Positions 53,212 to 60,620 of a DNA stretch of 60,620 nucleotides are shown here, in pieces. Source of the DNA: an uncultured Gammaproteobacteria bacterium. Its GTDB lineage: Bacteria; Patescibacteriota; Patescibacteriia; UBA9934. Made by a program: the position numbers and the translations under genes. How positions within the stretch are numbered: the stretch's first letter is position 1; each line of letters opens with the position of its first letter. The DNA lies in contig CAYFME010000005.1 in assembly GCA_964344145.1 (NCBI GenBank), positions 1 through 60,620 of the forward strand, given 5' to 3'. Below the pieces are notes generated by a model. The model did no database searches, had not been told where the DNA came from, and saw only the letters and a program-made list of their open reading frames with translations.

Positions 53212-54536
53212 TGCTCCATTATATAAAACAACTTGTGCCCACGTGGATGACAGCGCCTTATCATTGGGCGCTGGCCTGGGTTTCGGCGTTGGTCTACGGC
53301 TTTCCATCGAATGATTTGATCGTGATCGGTGTGACAGGGACAAACGGCAAATCCTCAACCATACAGTTCATCGCTCAGATGCTTGAGCAAATGGGTGAGA
53401 AGGTTGGGTACACCGGAACGGCTGGCTTTTACATTGCAGGAAGAGAAATCGAGAACAAGATGAAGATGACTATGCCGGGCCGCTTTGTGCTACAGCGTCT
53501 GATGCGTGACATGGTGAAAGCGGGATGCCGTTACGCGCTTATTGAGACAACCTCGCAAGGCATTGTGCAGTTTCGTCATCTGGGTATTAACTACGATGTC
53601 GCTCTCTTTACTAATCTCACTCCGGAGCATATTGAGTCGCATGGTGGGTTTGAAAACTATAAAGCAGCGAAAGGTCGGCTTTTTCAGCATCTCACACGCC
53701 GTAAGCACAAGACGTTCGGGAATGAGCAGATGGAAAAGACGTCGGTGATTAACGTTGATGACCCGCACGCTCCTTTCTATTTAGCGTTTGATGCCGATCG
53801 TCATGTGCGATTCTCTTGGAACGATGGAGAAGCTGGAGAAGATTGGCTCGTGGTTGATCCGAAATCGCGGGGAGATGACGGTCGACGTGTGGAGGTAAAC
53901 GGCGTTGATGGCCTTATTCCGTTGCACGCATCGTTTGAACAAAAGAATGCTATTGCGGCGTTGTCGGTTGTGTACGCTCTTGGATTCAGTTTGCGTGAGA
54001 GCATGAAGGCCATGGCGCATTTGCAACCGCTGCCAGGACGATTTGAGATGATCGACGAAGGGCAAGATTTTAAGGTCATCGTCGATTACGCATACGAACC
54101 TTACGCGCTTGAAGCGTTGCTCAATGCCATTGACAAGCTTGAGCCGAAGCGGATTATCGGCGTACATGGATCGTGTGGAGGTGGTCGCGATGTTGCTCGG
54201 CGCGAGGTGATCGGTCGATTGGCCGGGCAGCGGGACGACATTGTTATCGTGACCAACGAAGACCCTTATGATGAAGATCCACGCGCGATTATCGAAGCTG
54301 TGGCAGAGGGCGCGCGCGCTGTTGGTAAGAAGGAAGGAGACGATCTGATCTTGATCGACGATCGCATGGAGGCGGTGCAGTACGCGATTGATATTGCACA
54401 GAAAGACGATGTCGTTGTGCTGACAGGGAAGGGTTCGGAAACGGTTATGGCAGTGGCAGGTGGGCGCAAAGCGTCTTGGAGTGATCGTGAGGCGGCGGTG
54501 CGTGCACTCCGAAGACGTCAAGCACAAGAGGTATGA
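53211..54536 (+). CDS. murE: Mur ligase, MurE-like (UDP-MurNAc-tripeptide synthetase), short N-terminus
   Basis: Supporting motifs are GVTGTNGKSST, TNLTPEHIESHG and VIVTNEDPYDEDP, which resembles the MurE DNPR region. Confidence 0.7.
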   Translation: MLHYIKQLVPTWMTAPYHWALAWVSALVYGFPSNDLIVIGVTGTNGKSSTIQFIAQMLEQMGEKVGYTGTAGFYIAGREIENKMKMTMPGRFVLQRLMRDMVKAGCRYALIETTSQGIVQFRHLGINYDVALFTNLTPEHIESHGGFENYKAAKGRLFQHLTRRKHKTFGNEQMEKTSVINVDDPHAPFYLAFDADRHVRFSWNDGEAGEDWLVVDPKSRGDDGRRVEVNGVDGLIPLHASFEQKNAIAALSVVYALGFSLRESMKAMAHLQPLPGRFEMIDEGQDFKVIVDYAYEPYALEALLNAIDKLEPKRIIGVHGSCGGGRDVARREVIGRLAGQRDDIVIVTNEDPYDEDPRAIIEAVAEGARAVGKKEGDDLILIDDRMEAVQYAIDIAQKDDVVVLTGKGSETVMAVAGGRKASWSDREAAVRALRRRQAQEV

Positions 54537-55036
54537 GATCAAAAGCTCCAGCACTCGAGCTCGCAGCGGACGAGGAGGTCGTCGCCATCGTGCGACGGAG
54601 TTGGCTCTCGCAAGCGCCGCGACTTATTCTCATCGGCGCGTGGATTCTCATTCCATTTTTCTTTTTCTTCCCGCTACTTGCCTTCGGGCCAATCGGCCTT
54701 TTGGTCTTTGTTGGATGTTGCGCAAGTGGTATCCTCTATGCATTGCGAGAGTGGCACATGTGGTATCACACGATGTGGGTGGTGACGGACCGACGCATCA
54801 TCGACGTTGATCAACTGAGCTGGACCGCACACGAGGTCCACGAGATCACGCACAGAAAGATCAGAAAGATTCATCTGCGTCGGGATACGATTGGCGCGAA
54901 AGTACTGCGCTTTGCCACGGTATGGATTGAGACAAAATCATCGCATACGTACGACGTTGAGTTAGAAGGGGTTCGACGACCAAAGCAGCTAAAGAAGCTT
55001 CTCATTGAATTGCGCAAACTAAGTAAAACGACATGA
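54533..55036 (+). CDS. Membrane protein with bacterial PH (YdbT/DUF304-like) domain
   Basis: It has two TM segments followed by YHTMWVVTDRRIIDVDQ...IRKIHLRRDTIGAKVLRFATVWIET. Confidence 0.65.
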   Translation: MRSKAPALELAADEEVVAIVRRSWLSQAPRLILIGAWILIPFFFFFPLLAFGPIGLLVFVGCCASGILYALREWHMWYHTMWVVTDRRIIDVDQLSWTAHEVHEITHRKIRKIHLRRDTIGAKVLRFATVWIETKSSHTYDVELEGVRRPKQLKKLLIELRKLSKTT

Positions 55037-55455
55037 GCGCAGCGCGTACAACGCAAAAGGCAAAGAAGGCGAGATTGTTTGTTGTTGTGAATGTTTTGAT
55101 TCTATTTTTCTTGCTCATTGCGTTTGGCCGTGAATATGTTGGCAACATCCAGATCGAGCATGAGATCGCTCTTCTGCAAGATGAGAAAGAACAGCTGGAG
55201 CAAGATCAACTTGATACGCTGGCGCTGATTGAACAGTTGTCCAGTGAATATTATTTGGAGTCAGAGGCCCGTACAAAGCAGGGGCTTGGACGTGAAGGGG
55301 AGACGGTATATGTGATTCAGGATGGAGATGATCACAGCGGATCAGAAAGCGGATCGCAGCAGAGCGAAGAAATTTCATTCTCGAATCCGGCACGGTGGTT
55401 CCTGTATTTCTTTGATCCGGTGACATTTGATGGTTTGGAAAAAGAGGGAGAGTAA
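55033..55455 (+). CDS. FtsB/DivIC-like septum formation initiator
   Basis: It has one TM plus a coiled coil (IEHEIALLQDEKEQLEQDQLDTLALIEQL..YLESEARTKQGL), in the dcw context. Confidence 0.7.
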   Translation: MSAARTTQKAKKARLFVVVNVLILFFLLIAFGREYVGNIQIEHEIALLQDEKEQLEQDQLDTLALIEQLSSEYYLESEARTKQGLGREGETVYVIQDGDDHSGSESGSQQSEEISFSNPARWFLYFFDPVTFDGLEKEGE

Positions 55456-55457
55456 GT

Positions 55458-56324
55458 ATGCGTGTTGAAAAAAGTCAGCCAAGGGAGGAGCGTGCAACGA
55501 TGCGCGTTCGATCTATGGCCGCACTCGGTGGTCTTGTTTTGGTTGCGGCACTAGCTGTCTGGTTGTGGTATAGCGCATACATCTTGCATGCGTATGGATC
55601 CCTGATGCGCACGGCGCTGCGGGTCGTGCCACTGCCGGGGGCGTTTGTGATGGATGAGGTGGTGTGGATGCGAGACCTTGCCGAGTTGTCGTGGTTTGCA
55701 GAGGTATCTGGTTTGGATGATCCGTATGATCGTGCCCTTGAGACGTCGGTGCGACGTGCCTACATTCGTGGTCTTGCCGCAGAGGTTGGCGTGACGGTTG
55801 ATGATCAGGAGTTGGCTGCAATGGTTGAGAAGATCGATGCACAGATGCTTGATGCTCTTGGTTGGTCGCACCGTGAGTATGAACGATACCTTGCCGAGCC
55901 ACTGCTGCTGGAGCAGACATTGGAGGCAGAACTCTACGCTTCGTCAGAGTATCAGTCTGGTGCGTACGATGAGATTCTGGCATTGCAATCGCAACACGAA
56001 GATATTGGCATTGCCTTCGCAGACCTCGCTTTGCAATATTCACAGGGAGCGACAGCGGAGCTCAGTGGTTGGTTGGGGTACTTGGAGCGTGAGGAGCTGC
56101 CGAAGGGCTATGAAGCGGTTTGGGAGTTGGAGATAGAGGAAACGGCGATTATTGAGCTTGATCAAGCGTTTGTCTTGTTGCGTGTGTATGACGTGACGTT
56201 TTTGGAGGAAGACGAGCGGCTAAGTGTTGCATTGCAGGAGATACTGGTAAAAAAGGAACCATTAAGTGAGATTTTGGACGATTATATTGCCGAGCATCCG
56301 TTGTTTGTTCAGCTGGTTCGTTAA
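55458..56324 (+). CDS. Membrane-anchored SurA-N/parvulin (PpiC)-like chaperone candidate
   Basis: It has an N-terminal TM. The C-terminal segment FADLALQYSQGATAELSGWLGYLEREELPKGYE resembles a PpiC domain. Confidence 0.55.
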   Translation: MRVEKSQPREERATMRVRSMAALGGLVLVAALAVWLWYSAYILHAYGSLMRTALRVVPLPGAFVMDEVVWMRDLAELSWFAEVSGLDDPYDRALETSVRRAYIRGLAAEVGVTVDDQELAAMVEKIDAQMLDALGWSHREYERYLAEPLLLEQTLEAELYASSEYQSGAYDEILALQSQHEDIGIAFADLALQYSQGATAELSGWLGYLEREELPKGYEAVWELEIEETAIIELDQAFVLLRVYDVTFLEEDERLSVALQEILVKKEPLSEILDDYIAEHPLFVQLVR

Positions 56325-56330
56325 ATACAT

Positions 56331-56409
56331 AGCCCCCTCCGGCTCCCCCATGGCTGGGGGAGAGACTTCACGTGTCACCCCTCCAGTTATGGAGGGGCAG
56401 GGGGAGGCT
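56331..56409. other. GC-rich three-helix structure (outer stem plus two CCCC/GGGG hairpins)
   Basis: The hairpins are CTCCCCCA-TGGC-TGGGGGAG (56343-62) and CCCCTCC-AGTTAT-GGAGGGG (56378-97). They are enclosed by AGCCCCCTCC (56331-40) / GGGGGAGGCT (56400-09), which has one mismatch. Confidence 0.4.
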
Positions 56410-56454
56410 GAGCATTGCGTGCAGCAAGATAGCGTGATATAAAAGGCCCGAAAT

Positions 56455-56530
56455 GCCGCTGTAGCTCAGTTGGTAGAGCAATACTTTCGTAAAGTAGAGG
56501 TCGGCGGTTCAAGTCCGCCCAGCGGCTCCA
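56455..56530 (+). tRNA. tRNA-Thr (anticodon CGU), CCA encoded
   Basis: Hand-folded cloverleaf: acceptor GCCGCTG/CAGCGGC, D arm GCTC-AGTTGGTA-GAGC, anticodon stem ATACT/AGTAG with loop TTCGTAA, T arm GGCGG-TTCAAGT-CCGCC, then TCCA. Confidence 0.9.
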
Positions 56531-56558
56531 AAAAGGACCCAATTTTTGGGTCTTTTTT
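56531..56558 (+). terminator. Intrinsic terminator after tRNA-Thr
   Basis: AAAAGGACCCA-ATTT-TTGGGTCTTTTTT. Confidence 0.6.
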
Positions 56559-56577
56559 GTTTATTATGTTGATATAC

Positions 56578-56606
56578 TTGACAAAATCCCGTTTTTTTGA
56601 TACTGT
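56578..56606 (+). promoter_or_regulatory. House-style promoter of high-GC cassette
   Basis: TTGACA at 56578-83, a 17-nt spacer with a TTTTTTT run and TGa, and TACTGT at 56601-06. Confidence 0.55.
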
Positions 56607-56710
56607 GCGGCGTCAGGAAGTGGCTGAAAAAGTGCCCACCGACGCATCCCCTCGGCCCACCGAGGGCCATCCTACTCGGGAGGCATCCCGATTCCCCCTC
56701 TGGAGGACCC

Positions 56711-57613
56711 ATGCGTACCCTGCTCCTGGCGGCCCTGACCGCCTTCGCCGTGGCCTGCGGGCCGCACCCGACCGAGGCGGTCGTCGGTGACGACACCGCT
56801 GCGGCCAGCTCCGACGACGGCTCCGAGTTCGCCGACGCGGGCACCCCCGCCGACGGCGAGGACACCGACGACACCGGCGAGCCGGCCGAGGTCGACGCGG
56901 ACAGCGACGGCTTCAGCGCCGACGACGACTGCGACGACAACGACGCCTCCGTCTACCCCGGCGCGCCCGAGCTGTGCGACGGCCTCGACAACGACTGCGA
57001 CAGCAGCATCGACGAGGACGCCGTGGACCAGACCATCTGGTACCGCGACGGCGACGGCGACGGCTACGGCGACGCGAGCATCTCCACCAGCGACTGCGAC
57101 GTGCCCACGGGCTTCGTCGGCAACAGCGACGACTGCGACGACTCCGATCCGGCCCTGACCACCGACTGCTCCGGCAGCGGCGACGAGGACACCGGCGGCG
57201 GCTCGAGCAGTGACTGCGCCTCGGACGAGGTGGAGGTTAGCTACGAGAGCTCGGCGGGCGTCGTGGAGCTGTGGGGCATCACCCCGCAGAGCTCCAAGTG
57301 GGGCAGCGGCAACCCGCTGGCGACCGACGATGACGGAGACGGCGTGGCCACCGGCTGCATCGAGTGGACCAGTGGCTCCCTGAAGGTCAACGTGGAGCTC
57401 GACTCCTCCCCGTGGTACGCCGCCTACAACGCCGGCAGCTGCGAGGACTCCGACGGCAGCGGTACGCTGTACGACGGGGACGACCTCTGCCAGTGCGACT
57501 GGACCGGTACCCTCTACGTCGACGGCGTGGAGAAGAGCGTCAGCTCCACCGGCTGGTCGACCGGCGACGGCACGTCCTACTGGGACGAGGGCTGCGACGG
57601 CTACGTCAACTAG
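56711..57613 (+). CDS. High-GC lipoprotein with MopE-like Asp/Cys-rich (putative metal-binding) repeats
   Basis: GGAGG sits 4 nt before ATG 56711, and MRTLLLAALTAFAVAC is lipobox-like. The repeats read DCDDNDASVYPGAPELCDGLDNDCDSSIDED and DGDGDGYGD. Confidence 0.7.
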   Translation: MRTLLLAALTAFAVACGPHPTEAVVGDDTAAASSDDGSEFADAGTPADGEDTDDTGEPAEVDADSDGFSADDDCDDNDASVYPGAPELCDGLDNDCDSSIDEDAVDQTIWYRDGDGDGYGDASISTSDCDVPTGFVGNSDDCDDSDPALTTDCSGSGDEDTGGGSSSDCASDEVEVSYESSAGVVELWGITPQSSKWGSGNPLATDDDGDGVATGCIEWTSGSLKVNVELDSSPWYAAYNAGSCEDSDGSGTLYDGDDLCQCDWTGTLYVDGVEKSVSSTGWSTGDGTSYWDEGCDGYVN

Positions 57614-57633
57614 TCGTCCACCTCGGACCTCTT

Positions 57634-57693
57634 CCGCTCCCTGACGGGGGCCCGACTGAGCAATCTGCTCGACTGGGTCCCCGTTCCTGCATC
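57634..57693 (+). other. Conserved 3' structured element (copy A)
   Basis: CCGCTCCCTGACGGGGGCCCG-loop-CTGGGTCCCCGTTCCTGCATC is homologous to 59129-59179. The stem is GGGGGCCCG/CTGGGTCCCC, with G-U pairs. Confidence 0.5.
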
Positions 57694-57778
57694 TACGCGC
57701 TTTTTAGCGCTTGTTTTGTTACTTTTTTGCTAATTATGCGTATTAATAAGCTTTTGATGCTTTTTTCCTCCTAAATGC

Positions 57779-57807
57779 TTGACAGAATAGGCCTTTTTTG
57801 CTACTCT
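57779..57807 (+). promoter_or_regulatory. House-style promoter of second high-GC cassette
   Basis: TTGACA at 57779-84, a 17-nt spacer ending TTTTTTGC, and TACTCT at 57802-07. Confidence 0.55.
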
Positions 57808-57939
57808 ACGACGTTCGTTCAAAGGCCGGGATACCCCAGCTGACTAGACGAAACCATCCTTTTCACTGGGCACCTGCCCACGGTCCGGCTTGCCGGGCCA
57901 CCGGGCGTCCTGCCCATCACTCGCACTTCGGGAGAACCC

Positions 57940-59115
57940 ATGAAGCGCACCCTGATGGCCCTGCTGGGCCTGTCCGTTCCCACCGCCATGCTCGCCACCG
58001 GCTGCTTCGAGGATGACAACCCCAGCCTCTGCGGCGACGCCGCGACCTGGGAGTCCTCCTCCGGCATCGACCTGAGCGGCTACGGCGTCGACGACGGCAC
58101 CTACATCTGCGTGACCGACTACGGCGACGGCGCCTGCTACAAGGTCGAGGTCGACGGCGTCGACGGCTACTTCTGGGCCACGGACGACGGCACCACCGCG
58201 GCCGCCCTGGCCTGCGAGGAGCTCTACGGCGGCGACGAGGACGACGGCAGCGACGACACCGCCAGCCCCTCGGACGACTCCGGCGTCTTCGACACCGGTG
58301 AGTTCTCGGACACCGCGGACACCGGCGACGGCAGCGACGACACCGCCAGCCCCTCGGACGACACCGCCACGCCCGAGCCCGTCGACAACGACGGCGACGG
58401 CAGCGACGACACCGAGGACTGCGACGACAACGACGCCAGCGCCTACCCCGGTGCCACCGAGACCTGCGACGACGTCGACAACGACTGCGACGGCACCGTG
58501 GACGAGGACGACGCCACCGACGCGTCGACCTGGTACGCGGACGCGGACGGTGACGGCTCCGGCGACCCCGCCGACAGCACGACCGCCTGCGACCAGCCCA
58601 GCGGCTACGTCGACAACGCCGACGACTGCGACGACACCGACGCCACCCTCGACGAGTCCTGCGAGAGCACCGACTCCGACGGCGACGGCTACTACGCGGG
58701 CATCGACGACTGCAACGACGAGGACGCCACGGTCAACCCGGACTACGACTACCACAACTACTGCGGGACCCCCGTGTCCAACAGCGGCACCTGGTACCTC
58801 TACGCCTGGGACGACTACAACTACGACTTCAGCACCTGGATCAACCAGAGTGACAGTCACGTGGCCAGCGCCGAGGACACGGACGAGGCCTGCGGGTGCT
58901 ACCACGCCCCCACCGGCGCCGTCGTGGAGTTCAACGCCGACAACGGCAGCTCCAACGACAGCGACGACATGGTCTACTCCTGCTCGAGCCAGGGCTCCGC
59001 GGTCTACTTCGACGGCACGAACACCTGCTCCGACGTCTCCTTCACCTGGGACGGCGTCGAGGTCACGGAGTTCGACTACGAGGACGGCCACAACATGACC
59101 ATCACGGTGCCCTAG
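57940..59115 (+). CDS. High-GC lipoprotein with MopE-like Asp/Cys-rich repeats
   Basis: GGGAGA sits 4 nt before the ATG. MKRTLMALLGLSVPTAMLATGC carries the lipobox LATGC. The repeat reads DCDDNDASAYPGATETCDDVDNDCDGTVDED. Confidence 0.7.
   Translation: MKRTLMALLGLSVPTAMLATGCFEDDNPSLCGDAATWESSSGIDLSGYGVDDGTYICVTDYGDGACYKVEVDGVDGYFWATDDGTTAAALACEELYGGDEDDGSDDTASPSDDSGVFDTGEFSDTADTGDGSDDTASPSDDTATPEPVDNDGDGSDDTEDCDDNDASAYPGATETCDDVDNDCDGTVDEDDATDASTWYADADGDGSGDPADSTTACDQPSGYVDNADDCDDTDATLDESCESTDSDGDGYYAGIDDCNDEDATVNPDYDYHNYCGTPVSNSGTWYLYAWDDYNYDFSTWINQSDSHVASAEDTDEACGCYHAPTGAVVEFNADNGSSNDSDDMVYSCSSQGSAVYFDGTNTCSDVSFTWDGVEVTEFDYEDGHNMTITVP
58243..58362 (+). repeat. 36-nt perfect direct repeat (58243-58278 and 58327-58362), 84-nt period, in frame
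   Basis: GACGGCAGCGACGACACCGCCAGCCCCTCGGACGAC occurs twice and encodes DGSDDTASPSDD. Confidence 0.85.
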
Positions 59116-59128
59116 GCACCTGACCGCT

Positions 59129-59179
59129 CCGCTCCCCGACGGGGGCCCGGCATCTACGCTGGGTCCCCGTTCCTGCATC
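59129..59179 (+). other. Conserved 3' structured element (copy B)
   Basis: CCGCTCCCCGACGGGGGCCCG-GCATCTACG-CTGGGTCCCCGTTCCTGCATC ends 2 nt before the rpsB -35 box. Confidence 0.5.
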
Positions 59180-59181
59180 CA

Positions 59182-59210
59182 TTGACAGAAATGGCTGTTT
59201 TTTGTAGACT
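59182..59210 (+). promoter_or_regulatory. Promoter for rpsB-tsf
   Basis: TTGACA at 59182-87, a 17-nt spacer with a TTTTTT run, and TAGACT at 59205-10. The leader is about 110 nt long. Confidence 0.6.
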
Positions 59211-59326
59211 TTCGCCATCGCAAATCTACTTAATATCTCAGGTTTGAAGCGATGCAGATGGCTCCTCCCTCGTTTCGTTGAAGCGCGGGCCCATGTGTTC
59301 AAGCCGACGACTAAAAGGACTAATCT

Positions 59327-60022
59327 ATGGCAATGCCAACTTTGACCGACCTGTTGAAGGCCGGTGTCCACTTTGGTCATCGCACCTCGCGATGGCATCC
59401 TGCGATGCGCCAGTATATCTTCGGCGTTCGCAAAGGCGTTCATGTCATCGACATTGAACAAACGAAAGCTCAGCTTGAAAAAGCAATGGGCGAGATCGAA
59501 GAGATCGTCGCAAAGGGAGGGAAAATTATGTTCATTGGTACCAAGCCACAGGTGCAGGACATGGTTGAGAAGTATGCAACCGAATGTGGTATGCCATTTG
59601 TCAGCGGTCGCTGGCTCGGCGGAACGTTCACAAACTTCGAAGAGATTCGAAAGCTTGTGAAGGAATTTCTCGACTTGCAAGACAAGCGCGAGAAGGGTGA
59701 GTTGCGTAAGTACACCAAGCTTGAGCAGTTGCAGTTCGATCGCAAGATTGATGAGCTTGATGAAAAGATCGGTGGTTTGACTACGCTCACCAAGTTGCCA
59801 GAAGCTGTATTCGTCTTTGACATGCGTCACGACAAAACAGCTGTTGCCGAGGCAAGCAAGACCGGCGTGAAAGTGTTTGCCCTGTGTGACACAAACGTCA
59901 ATCCAAAGATGGCTGACGTTGTCATCCCTGCAAACGACGATGCAATGAGTTCACTCACGCTTATGGGCAAGCTCGTTATGGATGCCGTAAAGGTCGGCTC
60001 CGCTCGTGCCAAGAAAAACTAA
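59327..60022 (+). CDS. rpsB: 30S ribosomal protein S2
   Basis: LLKAGVHFGHRTSRWHPAMRQYIFGVRKGVHVIDIEQT is canonical S2. Confidence 0.95.
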   Translation: MAMPTLTDLLKAGVHFGHRTSRWHPAMRQYIFGVRKGVHVIDIEQTKAQLEKAMGEIEEIVAKGGKIMFIGTKPQVQDMVEKYATECGMPFVSGRWLGGTFTNFEEIRKLVKEFLDLQDKREKGELRKYTKLEQLQFDRKIDELDEKIGGLTTLTKLPEAVFVFDMRHDKTAVAEASKTGVKVFALCDTNVNPKMADVVIPANDDAMSSLTLMGKLVMDAVKVGSARAKKN

Positions 60023-60032
60023 TTGTACATGT

Positions 60033-60620
60033 ATGAGCATTAGTGCAGCAGACGTAAACAAACTTCGAAAAATGACTGGCGTCGGATTGATGCATGCAAA
60101 GAAAGCATTGACGGAAGCAGACGGTGATTTTGACAAGGCGGCAGAGATTCTGCGAAAGGCAGGGGGGGCACGTGCAGCAAAGAAAGCAGATCGTGAAACC
60201 ACCGAAGGTCGCGTTCACTGCTACAGCCACGGAAACGGAAAGATCGGAGCGATGGTAAAGATCGCCTGTGAAACGGACTTCGTTGCTCGCAATGAAGCCT
60301 TTATCGAGTTGGCAAATGACATCGCTATGCACGTTGCTGCAATGTCGCCGCTGTATCTCTCTCGCGAAGATGTTCCTGAGGATGTTCTTGCCAAGGAAGC
60401 AGAGATTGTAAAGGAGCAGAACACTGGAAAACCGGCTGACATTCTCGACAAGATTGTGGAAGGGAAGCTCGAGAAGTACTACGAGGAAATGTGTCTGCTT
60501 GATCAGAAGTTCATCAAAGATGAAGATATGACGATCCAGCAGCTTGTTGAGAGCAAGATCGCCTCACTTGGTGAAAACATGAAAGTAGTAGGATTCTCCC
60601 GATTGCAAATCGGTGGATAA
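60033..60620 (+). CDS. tsf: Elongation factor Ts (short form)
   Basis: Start is ATG 60033. ISAADVNKLRKMTGVGLMHAKKALTEADGDFDKAAEILRKAG is the UBA-like N-terminus. The TAA stop is at 60618-60620. Confidence 0.9.
   Translation: MSISAADVNKLRKMTGVGLMHAKKALTEADGDFDKAAEILRKAGGARAAKKADRETTEGRVHCYSHGNGKIGAMVKIACETDFVARNEAFIELANDIAMHVAAMSPLYLSREDVPEDVLAKEAEIVKEQNTGKPADILDKIVEGKLEKYYEEMCLLDQKFIKDEDMTIQQLVESKIASLGENMKVVGFSRLQIGG

Noticed and set aside
56470-56940. ORFs 56470-56790 (plus) and 56509-56940 (minus).
   Set aside because: They overlap the tRNA-Thr gene, its terminator and the cassette promoter. The lipoprotein frame starting at 56711 explains the coding signal.
57748-57786. A 12-codon mini-ORF (MRINKLLMLFSS) in the AT-rich spacer between the two lipoprotein cassettes, possibly a leader peptide.
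   Set aside because: It has no SD, the ATG overlaps a -10-like TAATTA, it lies upstream of the promoter of the next gene, and it is too short to evaluate.
56455-59179. A classical tRNA-targeted integrative island at tRNA-Thr.
   Set aside because: I found no direct repeat of the tRNA 3' end at 57.7 kb or 59.1-59.2 kb, and there is no integrase or excisionase in or next to the islands. The tRNA proximity may be coincidental.

Overview
This is a gene-dense 60.6 kb bacterial chromosome segment of about 50% G+C. The gene content suggests a small-genome, CPR/Patescibacteria-like or Gram-positive-like organism, but that is inference only. TGA is used as a stop codon. The window contains five groups of genes. 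(1) Envelope-glycan loci: a Wzy/O-antigen-ligase-like protein, five GT4 and two GT2 glycosyltransferases, a UDP-glucuronate-decarboxylase-like SDR, rfbB-rfbC-rfbD, a CDP-alcohol phosphatidyltransferase and two large polytopic membrane proteins, one of them GT-C-like. (2) An ECF sigma, anti-sigma, 1383-aa acidic surface protein, TPR protein and S8 protease locus. (3) A minus-strand operon encoding an HTH protein, a glycoside-hydrolase-like/FG-GAP protein, an Ig-repeat protein and a DUF1704 peptidase-like protein. (4) A split dcw cluster (mraY-ftsW-murG, then murD, a murE-like ligase, a PH-domain protein and an FtsB-like protein), interrupted by a small zinc-ribbon gene, tRNA-Lys, a GT4 gene and a P-type ATPase. 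(5) Housekeeping genes: rplI, pyrG, rpmA, a NifU-like gene, rpsB, tsf, HIT, NUDIX, an S41 peptidase and tRNA-Thr. The most unusual signal is five short islands of about 70% G+C (1-600, 4.8-5.9 kb, 26.3-26.8 kb, 56.6-57.7 kb, 57.8-59.2 kb). Each island carries a single gene for an exported protein (the window-truncated first one by motif homology only), and the four complete ones have a house-style promoter. No mobility gene is visible near any of them. Other signals are two orphan wHTH-Cas2-fold paralogs with conserved palindromic operators and leader hairpins, families of CGATCG-centred intergenic palindromes showing compensatory changes, a 160-nt long palindrome upstream of the ECF sigma gene, a recurrent TTGACA-N17(T-run)-TAnnnT promoter with several near-leaderless genes, and two small ORFs missing from the 60-aa ORF track. 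All functional calls come from motif recognition by eye; no database search was possible.
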